This document shows positions 41,000-52,915 of a DNA stretch of 64,000 bases, in pieces. Below the pieces are notes generated by a model. It was not told the DNA's origin and made no database searches. It worked only from the letters and a program-made list of their open reading frames with translations. How positions within the stretch are numbered: position 1 is the first letter of the stretch; every line of letters starts with the position of its first letter. Source of the DNA: a bacterium (GTDB lineage Bacteria; Synergistota; GBS-1); contig JASKLF010000004.1 in NCBI GenBank assembly GCA_030153785.1, positions 17,551 to 81,550 on the forward strand. Reading direction: 5' to 3'. The position numbers were made by a program, and so were the translations under genes.

Positions 41000-42775
41000 T
41001 TGGGTATGAAGGAAGGCAGAATTATAAGAGTTTCTGGTCCTCTTGTGGTGGCTGATAATATGTTAGGTGCTAAGATGTACGATGTGGTTTATGTTGGTAA
41101 ACATGGTCTTGTGGGAGAGATAATAGAGCTTAAAGGGGATCAGGCCTTTATTCAGGTGTATGAGGAGACCTCTGGAATAGGTCCGGGTGAACCTGTTGTT
41201 TCCACTGGAATGCCCTTGAGCGTGGAGCTTGGCCCAGGCCTAATAGAGTCCATATTTGATGGGATTCAAAGACCCCTTAATCTTGTGGAGGAAATGGCCA
41301 GGAGTCCCTTTATAACTCGTGGACTGAAGGTTAATGCCCTTGATAGGGATAAGAAATGGCATTTTGTTCCCAAGGTGAAAGAGGGAGAGGATCTGGAGGA
41401 AGGAGACATCTTAGGCGTTGTCCAGGAAACTGTCCTTGTTGAACATAGAATAATGGTTCCTCCTGGTAAGAAGGGTAGGTTAAAGAAGATAGTTAAAGAA
41501 GGAGACTATACTGTTGAAGAAGTGATAGCTGTCCTTGAGTGCGAGGGCGAGGAAGTAGAACTTACGATGATGCAAAAATGGCCTGTTAGACAGCGAAGAC
41601 CTTATAAAAAGCAACTTCCTCCTGCTGAACCTTTAACAACAGGGCAGAGAGTAATAGACACGTTCTTTACTTTGGCAAAAGGCGGAACTGCTTGTGTTCC
41701 TGGTCCCTTTGGTAGCGGTAAAACGGTAATTCAACATCAGCTTGCTAAATGGGCTAGTGCTGATATAGTGGTTTACATAGGTTGTGGTGAAAGAGGTAAC
41801 GAAATGACCGATGTTCTTATTGAATTTCCCGAGCTTACCGATCCTAAATCGGGTGAACCATTAATGAAGAGAACGATCTTAGTTGCTAACACTTCGAATA
41901 TGCCAGTTGCAGCTAGGGAAGCTTCAATATATACTGGGATAACGATGGCAGAATACTACAGGGATATGGGATACGATGTTGCCTTAATGGCTGATTCTAC
42001 ATCAAGATGGGCAGAGGCTTTAAGGGAAATCTCGGGAAGGTTGGAAGAAATGCCGGGTGAAGAGGGGTATCCTGCTTATTTAGGAACGAGGTTAGCTTCT
42101 TTCTACGAAAGAGCCGGGAAGGTAATATGTTTGGGCAAGGATAACCGTTTGGGTTCTATAAGTGTAATAGGAGCGGTTTCTCCACCGGGGGGAGACCTTT
42201 CAGAGCCCGTTACGCAAAACACTTTGAGAGTTGTAAAAGTTTTCTGGGGATTGGATGCAGAGCTTGCCTATCAAAGGCATTTCCCAGCTATAAATTGGCT
42301 TAATAGCTATTCTCTCTATATGGAAGATCTTGAAGAATATTGGAGAAGGGAGATAGGTGACGAGTGGATTGAGATAAGGAAGGAAGCTATGAAGCTTTTG
42401 GAAGAGGAAGCAGAGCTTAAAGAGATCGTTAGATTGGTTGGGATAGATGCTCTATCCAAGGAGGATAGGCTTAAACTTTTAGCGGCGAAGTCTATCAGAG
42501 AAGATTTCCTCCATCAAAACGCTTTCCACGAGATCGATACTTATACGTCTTTTACCAAGCAGTATAGAATGCTCAAAATAATAATGGATTTTTATAATTT
42601 AGCTCGAGATGCTCTAAAAAAGGGAGCAGATCTAAGGGATATAGAGAATTTGGCCATTCTTGAAGACATAGCATGCATGAAGTATACGCCTGAAAATAGC
42701 ATGGAGCTATTTGACAAGATAGAAGAGGAGCTTAAGAGGCAAATATACGCTCTCATTCCTACTGGAGGTGAATAG
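41000..42775 (+). CDS. ntpA: V/A-type ATPase subunit A
   Basis: [38 protein letters not shown]; normal length, no intein. Confidence 0.98.
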   Translation: MGMKEGRIIRVSGPLVVADNMLGAKMYDVVYVGKHGLVGEIIELKGDQAFIQVYEETSGIGPGEPVVSTGMPLSVELGPGLIESIFDGIQRPLNLVEEMARSPFITRGLKVNALDRDKKWHFVPKVKEGEDLEEGDILGVVQETVLVEHRIMVPPGKKGRLKKIVKEGDYTVEEVIAVLECEGEEVELTMMQKWPVRQRRPYKKQLPPAEPLTTGQRVIDTFFTLAKGGTACVPGPFGSGKTVIQHQLAKWASADIVVYIGCGERGNEMTDVLIEFPELTDPKSGEPLMKRTILVANTSNMPVAAREASIYTGITMAEYYRDMGYDVALMADSTSRWAEALREISGRLEEMPGEEGYPAYLGTRLASFYERAGKVICLGKDNRLGSISVIGAVSPPGGDLSEPVTQNTLRVVKVFWGLDAELAYQRHFPAINWLNSYSLYMEDLEEYWRREIGDEWIEIRKEAMKLLEEEAELKEIVRLVGIDALSKEDRLKLLAAKSIREDFLHQNAFHEIDTYTSFTKQYRMLKIIMDFYNLARDALKKGADLRDIENLAILEDIACMKYTPENSMELFDKIEEELKRQIYALIPTGGE

Positions 42776-42777
42776 AG

Positions 42778-44187
42778 TTGATAAAGGAATACAAAACCAT
42801 AAGCGGTATTTCCGGTCCGCTTATCATAGTTGAAAAAGTTACCGATGTTAAATATGATGAGCTTGTTGAGATTCAACTTGGAAATGGGGAAATTAGAAGA
42901 GGACGTGTTCTTGAAATAACCACTGATAGAGCTCTTGTTCAGGTTTTTGAAGGGACTTCGGGTTTGGATATAAGAGATGCCAAGGTCAGGTTTTTGGGTA
43001 AGGCTCTAGAACTCCCTGTGAGTAGGGATATGCTTGGTAGAATATTTGACGGTTCTGGTAAGCCCATCGATGGAGGTCCTGAGATAATTCCTGAAAAGAA
43101 ACTTGACATAAATGGTAACCCAATAAATCCGTATTCTCGTGATTATCCCTCTGAGTTTATTCAGACCGGTATATCTACCATTGATGGCATGAATACTTTG
43201 GTTAGAGGACAGAAATTGCCGATTTTCTCAGGAAGTGGGCTACCACATTCGAGGATGGCCGCACAAATAGCAAGGCAGGCTAAAGTTTTGACTTCTCACG
43301 AAGAATTTGCAGTGGTATTTGCTGCTATGGGGATTACTTTTGAGGAGGCCAATTTCTTCATAGAAGATTTTAACAGAACTGGTGCCATTAAAAGGGCGGT
43401 CATGTTTATAAACCTGGCTGATGACCCAGCTATAGAACGTATAGCTACTCCACGATTGGCTTTAACTGCTGCTGAGTACTTGGCTTTCGACCTGGACATG
43501 CATGTCCTTGTTATATTAACGGATATGACCAATTATTGTGAGGCCTTGAGAGAAATATCTGCTGCAAGGAAGGAAGTTCCTGGAAGAAGAGGTTACCCTG
43601 GCTATCTTTATACGGATCTTGCTACTCTCTACGAAAGAGCGGGAAGGATAAAAGGGAAGAGAGGCTCCATAACTCAAATTCCTATACTTACTATGCCGGA
43701 AGATGATAAGACTCATCCAATTCCTGATCTTACTGGTTATATAACTGAGGGGCAGATAATATTAAGTAGAGAGTTGCATAGAAAAGGTATATACCCTCCT
43801 GTTGATGTTTTGCCTTCTTTGTCTCGCCTTAAGGACAAGGGTATTGGAGCAGGCAAAACGAGAGAGGATCACGCTGATCTTTTGAATCAGCTATTTGCGG
43901 CTTATGCGAGAGGGAGGGAAGCGAGAGAACTTGCTATCATTCTTGGCGAGGGCGCTTTAACCGAAGAAGATAGGGCATTTGTGAAGTTCGCTGATGAGTT
44001 CGAGAACAGGTATGTAAAACAGGGTGAGTATGAAGATAGGTCTATAGAGGAGACTCTTGAGTTAGGTTGGGATCTTCTTGCTATGCTTCCTCTCAAGGAA
44101 CTCAAGAGGATAAGTGATGAGTTTAAAGAGAAATGTCTTATACCGAGAATAAAGGCTGGGGAGAAAGCTTATGAAGCTGCGGGTTAA
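42778..44187 (+). CDS. ntpB: V/A-type ATPase subunit B
   Basis: [40 protein letters not shown]. Confidence 0.98.
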   Translation: MIKEYKTISGISGPLIIVEKVTDVKYDELVEIQLGNGEIRRGRVLEITTDRALVQVFEGTSGLDIRDAKVRFLGKALELPVSRDMLGRIFDGSGKPIDGGPEIIPEKKLDINGNPINPYSRDYPSEFIQTGISTIDGMNTLVRGQKLPIFSGSGLPHSRMAAQIARQAKVLTSHEEFAVVFAAMGITFEEANFFIEDFNRTGAIKRAVMFINLADDPAIERIATPRLALTAAEYLAFDLDMHVLVILTDMTNYCEALREISAARKEVPGRRGYPGYLYTDLATLYERAGRIKGKRGSITQIPILTMPEDDKTHPIPDLTGYITEGQIILSRELHRKGIYPPVDVLPSLSRLKDKGIGAGKTREDHADLLNQLFAAYARGREARELAIILGEGALTEEDRAFVKFADEFENRYVKQGEYEDRSIEETLELGWDLLAMLPLKELKRISDEFKEKCLIPRIKAGEKAYEAAG

Positions 44188-44791
44188 TCCGAACAGGATG
44201 GAGCTACTCCGCCTTAGGCGGAGGCTTGCAATTGCAAAGAGGGGACATAAGCTTTTAAAGGATAAGCAGGATGCTCTTATAAAGAGATTCATCGAATTGG
44301 CCAGAGAGAGTAAGAGACTAAGAGAAGAGCTGGAAAAAGAACTTCAAAAGGCTTATGGGAGCTTTTTGGGAGCAAGGGCGATTATGAGTAGTAGAAGCCT
44401 TGAGGAAGCATTGCTTATATCTGGTATAAGGTCTCAGCTTAAGGTCAGTATGATAAACATGATGAGCGTTTTAGTTCCTCAATTTGAATTTTTGTATGAA
44501 GGAGATCCCGCAAACTATGGTTTTTGGGAAACCTCTGGGGAGTTAGATTTAGCTTTATATACCTTTATAAATTTTCTTCAAAAGTTAATCAAGCTTGCGC
44601 AAATGGAAAAGGCTGTTGTCTTGCTTGCTGACGAGATAGAAAAAACGAGGAGAAGAGTAAATGCGTTAGAGTATGTATTGATTCCTGCTCTTGAGGAGAC
44701 CATATCTTTTATAAAAATGAAGCTTGATGAAATGGAAAGGTCCACGTTAACGAGATTGATGAAGATAAAGGAGATAGTTAGAAAGCACTAA
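44171..44791 (+). CDS. ntpD: V/A-type ATPase subunit D
   Basis: [29 protein letters not shown]. Confidence 0.96.
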   Translation: MKLRVNPNRMELLRLRRRLAIAKRGHKLLKDKQDALIKRFIELARESKRLREELEKELQKAYGSFLGARAIMSSRSLEEALLISGIRSQLKVSMINMMSVLVPQFEFLYEGDPANYGFWETSGELDLALYTFINFLQKLIKLAQMEKAVVLLADEIEKTRRRVNALEYVLIPALEETISFIKMKLDEMERSTLTRLMKIKEIVRKH

Positions 44792-44806
44792 GAAGGGAGA
44801 GTAAAG

Positions 44807-45286
44807 TTGATGCGGGGGGAGAAAGTTTTTATTGCAGATACAGCAAAGTTAATCGGAGATGTAAGATTGGGTGAGAAAGTGAGTGTTTGGTTCGGTGCCG
44901 TTTTAAGAGGAGATATAGCTCCAATAGAAATAGGGGATTTAAGCAATATCCAGGATAACGTGGTTATTCATGTTGATAAGGGCGTTCCAACCATAATAGG
45001 CAGGGGAGTTACTGTAGGACATGGCGCTATCATACATGCGTGTAAAGTTAACGATTACGCTTTAATAGGTATGGGGGCAATCTTGCTTGACAATTGTATT
45101 ATAGGGGATCATTCTATAATAGCAGCGGGGACAGTTATAACGCCTGGAAGGGAAATACCTCCAGGCGTTCTTGTTATGGGGATTCCCGGAAAGGTGGTCA
45201 GGGAGCTCACGGAGGAAGAGAAAAGAAACTTGGAAGAGCATGCCCTTAACTATTGGGAGCTTGCTAAAACTTATTTAACTCGTTGA
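44807..45286 (+). CDS. Gamma-carbonic anhydrase family (YrdA/PaaY-like) hexapeptide protein
   Basis: VWFGAVLRGD, NIQDNVVIH, TVGHGAIIH, IGMGA. Confidence 0.92.
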   Translation: MMRGEKVFIADTAKLIGDVRLGEKVSVWFGAVLRGDIAPIEIGDLSNIQDNVVIHVDKGVPTIIGRGVTVGHGAIIHACKVNDYALIGMGAILLDNCIIGDHSIIAAGTVITPGREIPPGVLVMGIPGKVVRELTEEEKRNLEEHALNYWELAKTYLTR

Positions 45287-46077
45287 TAGAAAAAGGGTTT
45301 GATGGATTTAAAGCCTATTTCTCTGTATCCAAATATTTGTTCAGTGTTGCCTACCATTAAAACACCACCTATACGGAGTGCGTCTCTAAATTTGAGGTAA
45401 AGTTTTTCTTTTATTTCTTTTTCGAAGTATATTACTACATTTCTACAAAGTATTAAATCAAATTCTTTGTCGAACGGATCATTAAGAAGGTCGTGTTTCT
45501 TAAATTCTACCCTGTCCTTAATGTTTTGAGAAATTTCATATAAGTTTTGGGTTCTTTTTATAAAATACTTATTAAGGCGTTCAGCGGTAACATTTTGCAG
45601 TTGCTTAATATCGTAAACGCCCTCTCTTGCTTTCTCCAAAACGTTGGGGTCTATATCGGTAGCCAGAATGCGCGGATACCTTTTTATTCTTAAATCTTCA
45701 AATATTATCGCAAGGGAATATGGCTCCTCTCCTGTAGAACAACCTGCACTCCAAGCCTTTATACTCCTGTCAGTTTTTGTTTCAAGGATGAGTGGAAGAA
45801 CCTCTTTTTCAAGGATTTCAAATCTATCAGGATTTCTGAAGAACTCAGAGACATTGATTGTAAGGTAGTCAACAAATGTTCTGTATTTTTCTTTGTCGGA
45901 TTTTATGTTTTTTAAAAGGTCATCGTAGGTTTCTATATTCCATCTTCTCATAAACATGTGAACTCTTCTGTGTATCTGATGTTTGTAATAGTTTAGGTCT
46001 ATTCCTGATATCTCTAGAAATTTCTTTTTAAAATCTTCATATTCTTTAGGGAAAGATGCAAAATCGTTTTGAGCCAT
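45271..46077 (-). CDS. cheR: Chemotaxis protein-glutamate O-methyltransferase
   Basis: TINVSEFFR, WSAGCSTGEEPYSLA, ATDID, DLILCRNVVIYF. Confidence 0.95.
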   Translation of the reverse strand: MAQNDFASFPKEYEDFKKKFLEISGIDLNYYKHQIHRRVHMFMRRWNIETYDDLLKNIKSDKEKYRTFVDYLTINVSEFFRNPDRFEILEKEVLPLILETKTDRSIKAWSAGCSTGEEPYSLAIIFEDLRIKRYPRILATDIDPNVLEKAREGVYDIKQLQNVTAERLNKYFIKRTQNLYEISQNIKDRVEFKKHDLLNDPFDKEFDLILCRNVVIYFEKEIKEKLYLKFRDALRIGGVLMVGNTEQIFGYREIGFKSIKPFFYQRVK

Positions 46078-46112
46078 TTTAGAAATCCTCCTCCCCTGTT
46101 TTCTTTCTAAAG

Positions 46113-46121
46113 ATTATACCA
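46113..46121 (-). promoter_or_regulatory. Extended -10 promoter of cheR
   Basis: Plus-strand attatacca reads TGGTATAAT on the minus strand, upstream of the GGAGGAGG SD. Confidence 0.55.
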
Positions 46122-46156
46122 TTTTTATTTATGTATGAGTAAAATTTAGGTTGTGC

Positions 46157-46981
46157 TTATTTAGGTCCTTCTATTGCCAATTTGAATTTTCTTGTGAAAT
46201 TTTTGACTTCCTCAAGGATGGTTTCTTTTTCTAGCATTCCTGTTGATATAAGATTATCAATCATTTTTATAAAGGCGCTTCCTACAACTATACCATCAAC
46301 AAAAGGGGAAACTCTTTGAGCTGTTTCAGGAGAGTCTACGCCGAAGCCCAGAACCATCGGTAGGGGAGAGAGCTTGCGTATCTGAGGTAGGTCTCGGGAT
46401 ATCCAATCGAATAGAGGCTTTTTACTGTCTCCTGTAATTCCTATTAATGATACGCAGTATATAAACCCGCTTGCATATTTAATGATTTCCTTCACTCTTT
46501 GTATTGGTGTAACAGGCGTTATCATCATTATAGTTTTTAACCCTGCTCTTTGGGCTTCTAAGTATAAGGTTTCGTTTTCGTCGAAAGGAAGATCAGGAAT
46601 TATTATGCCTGCTATTCCTGCTTTTTTAGCATCGCTCACAAAATTTTCTATTCCATAAGCTAAAATAGGATTGTAATAGCTCATTATAACAAGCGGTGTA
46701 TCCACTTTATAAGATACTTTTGAAAGCATCTTGAGTACGGACTTTAGACCGATACCTTGTTTTAATGCAATTTGGCTTGACTTTTGAATTGTTACTCCGT
46801 CTGCAAGGGGGTCTGAGAAGGGTATGCCAATTTCTATGATATCTGCTCCACTTTCACTTAGACTGTATACTATTTCTTCGAACAGTTCTATGCGAGGGTA
46901 ACCTGTTGTTATGAATGGGATGAGTACCTTTCCTTTTTTAAAGATTTCTTCAAACAAGTGTTTCTCATTCATTGTTATCAC
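46157..46981 (-). CDS. trpA: Tryptophan synthase alpha chain
   Basis: [45 protein letters not shown]. Confidence 0.96.
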   Translation of the reverse strand: MITMNEKHLFEEIFKKGKVLIPFITTGYPRIELFEEIVYSLSESGADIIEIGIPFSDPLADGVTIQKSSQIALKQGIGLKSVLKMLSKVSYKVDTPLVIMSYYNPILAYGIENFVSDAKKAGIAGIIIPDLPFDENETLYLEAQRAGLKTIMMITPVTPIQRVKEIIKYASGFIYCVSLIGITGDSKKPLFDWISRDLPQIRKLSPLPMVLGFGVDSPETAQRVSPFVDGIVVGSAFIKMIDNLISTGMLEKETILEEVKNFTRKFKLAIEGPK

Positions 46982-48179
46982 CTTCTTCTACTCCAAGACT
47001 TTTTATCAAGGTTGACATGTCTTTGTCTCCTCTTCCCGAGAGATTTACGATTATAATCTCATTATTTTTAACTACCTTCGTGAGCTTGAGGGCATAAGCT
47101 ATCGCATGAGCGCTTTCAAGTGCTGGAATTATCCCCTCTGTTCGGATAAGGGTCATAGCTGCTTCTATGGCTTCCTCGTCACTTACAGTTACGTAAAGCG
47201 CCCTTCCAGTTTCTTTCAAAAATGCGTGTTCTGGCCCTACGCCAGGGTAGTCTAGACCGGCGGAAATAGAGTAGGGATTTATTATTTGTCCATTTTCGTC
47301 TTGAAGAACATAGGACTTGCAACCGTGTAGAACTCCTATCTTACCTGCATTAAGCGAGGCTGCATGAAGTCCAGACTCTACCCCTTTTCCTCCTGCCTCG
47401 ACGCCTATCAATTTTACTTGGACGTCATCTATAAAGGGATAAAATATACCAATTGCGTTACTTCCTCCTCCTACACATGCCACTATATAATCCGGTAATC
47501 GATTTTCCTTTTCTAATATCTGTTGTTTTGTTTCCTCCCCGATGATTTTTTGGAAATCCCTTACTATAGTGGGGTATGGATGAGGTCCTACTACAGAGCC
47601 TATAAGGTAATATGTGGTTTCTACGTTTGAGACCCAGTCTCTTATGGCTTCATTAGTTGCATCTTTTAAAGTTTTGCTTCCCGATGAGACTGGAATGACT
47701 TTAGCTCCTAGCATTTTCATTTTGTAAACGTTAGGCTTTTGCCTCTCTATGTCCTCTTCCCCCATGTATATATTACACTCCAAGCCGAGCTTAGCGCACA
47801 CGGTGGCTACAGCAACTCCATGTTGACCGGCCCCTGTTTCCGCTATGATTCTTTTTTTTCCCATTTTTTTCGCTAAAAGTATTTGTCCTATAGCGTTGTT
47901 TATTTTGTGTGCTCCCGTATGGGCTAAGTCTTCCCTTTTAAGGTAAATTTTTCCTCTACCTTGTTCTTTAGATAGCCTTTCTGCATAATACAAGGGAGTT
48001 GGTCTACCACAGTAATCTCGGAGTAAAAGGTTTAACTCTTCTCTGAAAGAGGGGTCATCTTTGAGCGAGTAGTATACTTTTTCAAGTTCCTCTAATGCGG
48101 GAATTAATGTTTCTGGAACAAATCTTCCCCCAAATTCCCCGAAATATCCTGTTTTCTTTCTTTGGTCTAACATATTCAA
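46965..48179 (-). CDS. trpB: Tryptophan synthase beta chain
   Basis: [51 protein letters not shown]. Confidence 0.98.
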   Translation of the reverse strand: MNMLDQRKKTGYFGEFGGRFVPETLIPALEELEKVYYSLKDDPSFREELNLLLRDYCGRPTPLYYAERLSKEQGRGKIYLKREDLAHTGAHKINNAIGQILLAKKMGKKRIIAETGAGQHGVAVATVCAKLGLECNIYMGEEDIERQKPNVYKMKMLGAKVIPVSSGSKTLKDATNEAIRDWVSNVETTYYLIGSVVGPHPYPTIVRDFQKIIGEETKQQILEKENRLPDYIVACVGGGSNAIGIFYPFIDDVQVKLIGVEAGGKGVESGLHAASLNAGKIGVLHGCKSYVLQDENGQIINPYSISAGLDYPGVGPEHAFLKETGRALYVTVSDEEAIEAAMTLIRTEGIIPALESAHAIAYALKLTKVVKNNEIIIVNLSGRGDKDMSTLIKSLGVEEGDNNE

Positions 48180-48799
48180 TCCTCCTTTATCGATCTTACC
48201 AATTTTATAAGCTTTTCCATTTTAGAGTGGTCCTTTATACCAGGTTCCACTTCTAAAGAGCTATTGACATCTATGGCGTCTGGTTTTACCTTTTTTATGG
48301 CATCCATAACGTTATGAATTCCTATCCCTCCCGCTAAGATGAAGGGTTTTCTCTTGCTATAGTTTCTAATTATAGACCAATCGAAGGTCTTTCCTGTTCC
48401 ACCTGTTTCTTTGCCGACTTTTGTGTCGAAGAGTAGCATATCCGCTACCTTGGTGTAGGATTCTACTAAATTAAGATCTTCTTTCCCTTCTATTGGAATT
48501 GCTTTTATGGTTTTTAACGGAACTTTTTCTATCAATTCCGGGCTTTCTGACCCGTGAAATTGTATGTGGGTGAATATGCGCGATCTTATTATTTTTTCTA
48601 TCTCTTCGGGTGATGGGTCTTTAACGACGGCAACTAAAGGATAAAAGGGGGGAACTGCTTTTGATAGATTTATAGCTTCATCAAGGGATACCTGTCTTTT
48701 ACTTTCACAAAGTATGAATCCTATTGCATCAAAGTTTAGTTCTACTGCCTTCTTGAGGTCTTCCTCCCTTTTAATCCCACATATCTTTACCTTGAGCAA
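48176..48799 (-). CDS. trpF: Phosphoribosylanthranilate isomerase
   Basis: [36 protein letters not shown]. Confidence 0.95.
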   Translation of the reverse strand: MLKVKICGIKREEDLKKAVELNFDAIGFILCESKRQVSLDEAINLSKAVPPFYPLVAVVKDPSPEEIEKIIRSRIFTHIQFHGSESPELIEKVPLKTIKAIPIEGKEDLNLVESYTKVADMLLFDTKVGKETGGTGKTFDWSIIRNYSKRKPFILAGGIGIHNVMDAIKKVKPDAIDVNSSLEVEPGIKDHSKMEKLIKLVRSIKED

Positions 48800-48815
48800 C
48801 TTGGGTAAACCTCCC

Positions 48816-49565
48816 TTAAGCAGAGATTAGCTCCCTTACCTTTTCTAAAGGATTTTCTGATGTTAGAAGGGAGTATCCTACAAGTATCCCTTTTATTCCT
48901 GACTTTTTTAGCTTCCTTACCTGATCTGGTGAGGATATACCGCTTTCAGATATTACCGTTACTTCCTTATCTCCGAAGATTTCCTTTATGACGGGCATTA
49001 ATCTTATGGTGTTTTCTATTGAGACTTTAAGCGTTTTTAGATTCCTGTTGTTTATTCCTATCAAGCTTACATCTGCTTTAAATGCTTTTTCGATGTCTTT
49101 TTTATCGTGAACCTCTACAAGAGGAATCAAACCCAGTTTACGGCAAAGCGTTACAAAGGATCGTAGTTTTTTTGAAGACAATATAGAGCTTATGAGCAAA
49201 ACTAAATCTGCGCCCAAGAAAAAGCTTTCGTATATTTGGATTTCGTCTATGATAAAGTCCTTTCTAAGGATGGGAAGTTTTGTTAGATTTCTTACTTTCT
49301 TTAATAGTTCTGCATCGCCGTTGAAGAATTTTTCTTCTGTAACTACAGATATTGCGCTTGCTCCTCCTTTTTCATAGGCTTCTATTTGAGATGCTATATC
49401 AAGATTGGCCTTTATAACTCCTGTAGAGGGAGAGGAGAGTTTTATTTCCCCTATTAGGAAAAAATCCTTTTCTTTGAAAAACGGATTGAGAGACTCTCCC
49501 TTTTTTATTCGATTTAATGTTTCTTTTTTGGCGTTAATAACTTCTGAAAGAAAGTTTCTTTTCAT
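48816..49565 (-). CDS. trpC: Indole-3-glycerol phosphate synthase
   Basis: IGEIK.SSPS.G, ISVVTE..FF, LRKDFI, GINNRNL, SESGI. Confidence 0.95.
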   Translation of the reverse strand: MKRNFLSEVINAKKETLNRIKKGESLNPFFKEKDFFLIGEIKLSSPSTGVIKANLDIASQIEAYEKGGASAISVVTEEKFFNGDAELLKKVRNLTKLPILRKDFIIDEIQIYESFFLGADLVLLISSILSSKKLRSFVTLCRKLGLIPLVEVHDKKDIEKAFKADVSLIGINNRNLKTLKVSIENTIRLMPVIKEIFGDKEVTVISESGISSPDQVRKLKKSGIKGILVGYSLLTSENPLEKVRELISA

Positions 49566-49567
49566 TT

Positions 49568-50596
49568 TTAATTCATCTCCCTGGTAAGCTCTATTAGCTC
49601 TTTTAACTTTTGTTTTGCTTTTCCACTGTCGACGATTTCGGCTGCAAACTCTATTCCCTCTTTGATTGTTTTTGTCTTTCCAGCAATCATGAACACAGCT
49701 CCTGCGTTGAGTAATACTATGTCTCGTTTCGGGCCTTTTTCTCCATTTAGAATTCTTAGAGCTATAATTGCATTTTCTTTTGGTTTTCCTCCCTTAACTT
49801 CGTTTAGGTTGCTCCTTTTGATACCTACTTCTTCAGGGGAAAAAGCAAATTCATTTATTTTCCCATCCTCATCTAGCAGGGCAACTTTGTTAATTCCCCA
49901 TGTGCATAGTTCATCGGCACCGCTTCCGTGAACAACCATTGCCTTTTTTCTTCCCAATTTTTTAAGGGCTTGGGCAATTATTCCGAGCAGGTTTTCATCG
50001 TATACCCCTATTAATTGATGTGTCGGTAAAGCTGGGTTGATAAGAGGTCCTAGCAGGTTGAAGAGTGTTCTTGTTTTTAACTCTCTTCTTACAGGAGCCA
50101 CGTTTTTCATTGCAGTGTGGAATGCAGGGGCAAATATGAAGCCGATATTGACCTCTTCTATACATTGTTGAACTTTTTCGGGTGAAAGTTCTATTTTGAC
50201 TCCAAGTTCTGCTAATAAATCTGCACTACCACTTTCGCTGGAAATGGACTTGTTGCCGTGTTTTGCAATGGGAACTCCTCCTGCTGCGCAGATTATAGCT
50301 ACTATTGTAGAAATGTTAAAGGTTTTTAGCATGTCTCCACCTGTTCCACAGGTATCTACTAAGACTTCCTTTTTTACATTGACCTTGACAGCTTTTTCCA
50401 ATAATGTAGTAGCAGCCCCGCTTATTTCTTCTGGGGCCTCCCCCTTTGCTCGAAGGGCTATTAATAAAGCTCCTGTTTGAGTACTTGTAATTTCTTTTGA
50501 TATAATTAGGTCCATCATTTTTGCTGCTTCTTCAGAGGAAAGGTTCTCTTTTCTAAGCATCTTTTCTAACAGTTCCTTGTAAATCATTTCAGACAT
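49568..50596 (-). CDS. trpD: Anthranilate phosphoribosyltransferase
   Basis: DTCGTGGD, NISTI, KHGN, GSAD, FNLLGPL.NP. Confidence 0.96.
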   Translation of the reverse strand: MSEMIYKELLEKMLRKENLSSEEAAKMMDLIISKEITSTQTGALLIALRAKGEAPEEISGAATTLLEKAVKVNVKKEVLVDTCGTGGDMLKTFNISTIVAIICAAGGVPIAKHGNKSISSESGSADLLAELGVKIELSPEKVQQCIEEVNIGFIFAPAFHTAMKNVAPVRRELKTRTLFNLLGPLINPALPTHQLIGVYDENLLGIIAQALKKLGRKKAMVVHGSGADELCTWGINKVALLDEDGKINEFAFSPEEVGIKRSNLNEVKGGKPKENAIIALRILNGEKGPKRDIVLLNAGAVFMIAGKTKTIKEGIEFAAEIVDSGKAKQKLKELIELTREMN

Positions 50597-51182
50597 TTTT
50601 TAATTCCACCGTCCTTTTTATCTCCGTCTTTAGGAAATTTTTTAGAATTTTTTTCCCTTCGGTGGTTAGAATGGATTCTGGATGAAATTGGAGTCCAAAC
50701 GTGGGAAATCTCTTGTGCATGATTCCCATGATTTCCTTATCTTCGCTTTCTGCAATTATTTCAAGATCTCCTGGTAAACCGTGCCTTTTAACCACCAATG
50801 AGTGATACCTTGTAGCTAAGAAGGGGGAGGGGAGTCCTTCAAGGATTCCTTTATTGGAATGGTAAATCATTGATGTTTTTCCATGCATTGGAGCTTTGGC
50901 TCTTTCAACTCTTCCTCCAAATACAAAACCGATACATTGATGTCCTAAACATATTCCTAATATGGGAATATACTTGTAAAATCTTTTTACAACTTCGTTT
51001 GAGATCCCAGCATCTTGAGGGGTTCCTGGTCCGGGCGATATAACTATATGGGAGGGGTTTAACTTCTCTATATCTTCTATCTTTAACTTATCGTTCCTGA
51101 ACACAATTACCTCGTCCATTTCAGATAGATATTGAACCAAGTTATATGTAAAGGAATCATAATTATCTATTACTAAAATCAT
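50589..51182 (-). CDS. trpG: Anthranilate synthase component II
   Basis: IDNYDSFTYNL, SPGPG, GICLGHQ, RYHSL, QFHPES. Confidence 0.96.
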   Translation of the reverse strand: MILVIDNYDSFTYNLVQYLSEMDEVIVFRNDKLKIEDIEKLNPSHIVISPGPGTPQDAGISNEVVKRFYKYIPILGICLGHQCIGFVFGGRVERAKAPMHGKTSMIYHSNKGILEGLPSPFLATRYHSLVVKRHGLPGDLEIIAESEDKEIMGIMHKRFPTFGLQFHPESILTTEGKKILKNFLKTEIKRTVELKNV

Positions 51183-51184
51183 CT

Positions 51185-52669
51185 TTATCCCTCCTTTATC
51201 TTTGTTAATGGTTGTTTATGATGGCGATTTTCTATCACCCTCTTGACTGCTTTAAATAGGCCTCGTGCCTTATGTAGCGTTTCTTCGTATTCCGTTTCTG
51301 GTTTTGAATCGCTTACTATACCTGCTCCCGTTTGAATGTGGAACCTGTCGTTGAAGAAATAAATCGTTCTGATGCTTATACACATTTCCATATTGCCGTG
51401 GAATCCTAAGTATCCTACTGCTCCGGCATACGGGCCTCTTGCTTCTTTCTCGAGGTCATTTATTAACTCCATGGCTCTAACTTTAGGGGCTCCTGTTACT
51501 GTTCCTGCTGGGAATGTAGCTTTCAGAACATCTATGAGGGTTTTATCATCTCTAAGGTCTCCCTCAACCTGGGAAGCAATGTGCATTACATGAGGGTAAT
51601 ATTCTATTTTCATTAATTCGGGGGCAACGACACTCCCAGGTTTACAAACCCTTCCTAAGTCGTTTCGGGCTAAATCTACCAGCATCACATGTTCTGCCTT
51701 TTCTTTTATGTCTTCGATAAGTTCTTTTTCTAAGTATTTATCTTCTTGAGGATTTTTCCCCCTTTTTCTTGTTCCTGCAAGAGGTCTTGTCACTACCCTT
51801 TTGTCTTTGACTTCTACAAGTATTTCAGGCGAGGATCCTATAAGTTTGATTTCTGGGAAATTAATAAGGAACATATAGGGAGAGGGGTTTTCGTTTTCCA
51901 AGGCGAATAGAAGGTCTATGGGATCGATATTGCTCTCAAAAGAAAACCTCTGGGATATTACTATCTGAAAAATTTCTCCTGCCAGAATGTAGTTTTTTGC
52001 CTCCTCCACCATCTTCAAGTATTCTTTTCTCCGAGTATTTGAGACAAAGTTTCTAATGTAAAAAAACTCTTCCGTTTCTGTATTTTCTTCCGCTCCTCTT
52101 AAAGCTTTTTCTATCATAAAAGAAGCTTCTCTAAATAGCCTTGTTAATACAGTTTTTTCATCTTCACCCTTTTCAAAGTTTTTGATTACATATAGTTTCT
52201 GATTTTCGTGGTCGATGGCTATTATGTCTTTAAAAAGCCCGAAATAAGCTGTTGGGAGATCGAGAGTTTTTAACTTCCTATGATGTTCTGCATGGTATAA
52301 TTCTTCCCATCTGTCTATCATTTCATAGCCTATGTAGCCAAATAACCCTCCACAAAAAGGGGGTAGTTCTTTAGGAAACTTTTGAAAAGCTATTTCTTTC
52401 TCTAATAGCTGTTCGAAGTCGGACCCTCTGTCTTCTCTGATATGCCCGTTTACTTCGTAGAAGAAATTGTTATTTTTCTTGTAAAGCTTAAGCACCTTGT
52501 GGGGATTAGCTCCTATGTAGGTGTATTTTTTGCCTCCTCTGTAAGAGGCATCTACGCTCATGACAAAGGAATGAGAGGTTTCCGAGAGTAGGTTTTTCAA
52601 TATTTCTGGGGAGTAAAAGTTTGCGGGAAGAGGGAGAGAAATGTAAATCGTCTTTATCTCTTTCTCCAC
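51185..52669 (-). CDS. trpE: Anthranilate synthase component I
   Basis: NPSPYM, GSSPE, AGTRKRG, EHVMLVDLARND, GAPKVRAM. Start placed at GTG 52669, 6 nt after GGAGGTG. Confidence 0.96.
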   Translation of the reverse strand: MEKEIKTIYISLPLPANFYSPEILKNLLSETSHSFVMSVDASYRGGKKYTYIGANPHKVLKLYKKNNNFFYEVNGHIREDRGSDFEQLLEKEIAFQKFPKELPPFCGGLFGYIGYEMIDRWEELYHAEHHRKLKTLDLPTAYFGLFKDIIAIDHENQKLYVIKNFEKGEDEKTVLTRLFREASFMIEKALRGAEENTETEEFFYIRNFVSNTRRKEYLKMVEEAKNYILAGEIFQIVISQRFSFESNIDPIDLLFALENENPSPYMFLINFPEIKLIGSSPEILVEVKDKRVVTRPLAGTRKRGKNPQEDKYLEKELIEDIKEKAEHVMLVDLARNDLGRVCKPGSVVAPELMKIEYYPHVMHIASQVEGDLRDDKTLIDVLKATFPAGTVTGAPKVRAMELINDLEKEARGPYAGAVGYLGFHGNMEMCISIRTIYFFNDRFHIQTGAGIVSDSKPETEYEETLHKARGLFKAVKRVIENRHHKQPLTKIKEG

Positions 52670-52699
52670 TTTCCTCACCTCCTCTAAGCTTATGCTTAT

Positions 52700-52735
52700 A
52701 AAATAAAAAGGGCCGCTCTCCTGAGCGGCCCTTTT
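52700..52735 (-). terminator. trp leader intrinsic terminator 2 (trpE-proximal)
   Basis: mRNA AAAA-GGGCCGCUC-AGGA-GAGCGGCCC-UUUUUAUUUU. Confidence 0.85.
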
Positions 52736-52749
52736 ACACGCAGTAAACT

Positions 52750-52787
52750 AAAACAAAAAGGGCCGCGACCTTTTAGTGCCGCGGCCC
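52750..52787 (-). terminator. trp leader intrinsic terminator 1 (attenuator 3:4 hairpin)
   Basis: mRNA GGGCCGCGGC-ACUAAAAG-GUCGCGGCCC-UUUUUGUUUU. Confidence 0.85.
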
Positions 52788-52807
52788 CTGCTTTCTTAAG
52801 GAATATT

Positions 52808-52915
52808 TTAGCAACAGGGTAAATACCGCGGCAGGCTTTCAACCTGCCACCACCAGTTATTTATTTCTCTTAAAGTTGTTAAGCTTGAAAGCTTAAAGCT
52901 TCTAAATATGCTCAT
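52808..52915 (-). CDS. trpL: trp operon leader peptide, MSIFRSFKLSSLTTLREINNWWWQVESLPRYLPCC (35 aa; not in the ORF track)
   Basis: ATG at 52915 preceded by GAGGAGGA-TAAAG; three consecutive TGG codons at 52855-52847; TAA at 52810-52808; lies between the promoter and the terminators. Confidence 0.9.
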   Translation of the reverse strand: MSIFRSFKLSSLTTLREINNWWWQVESLPRYLPCC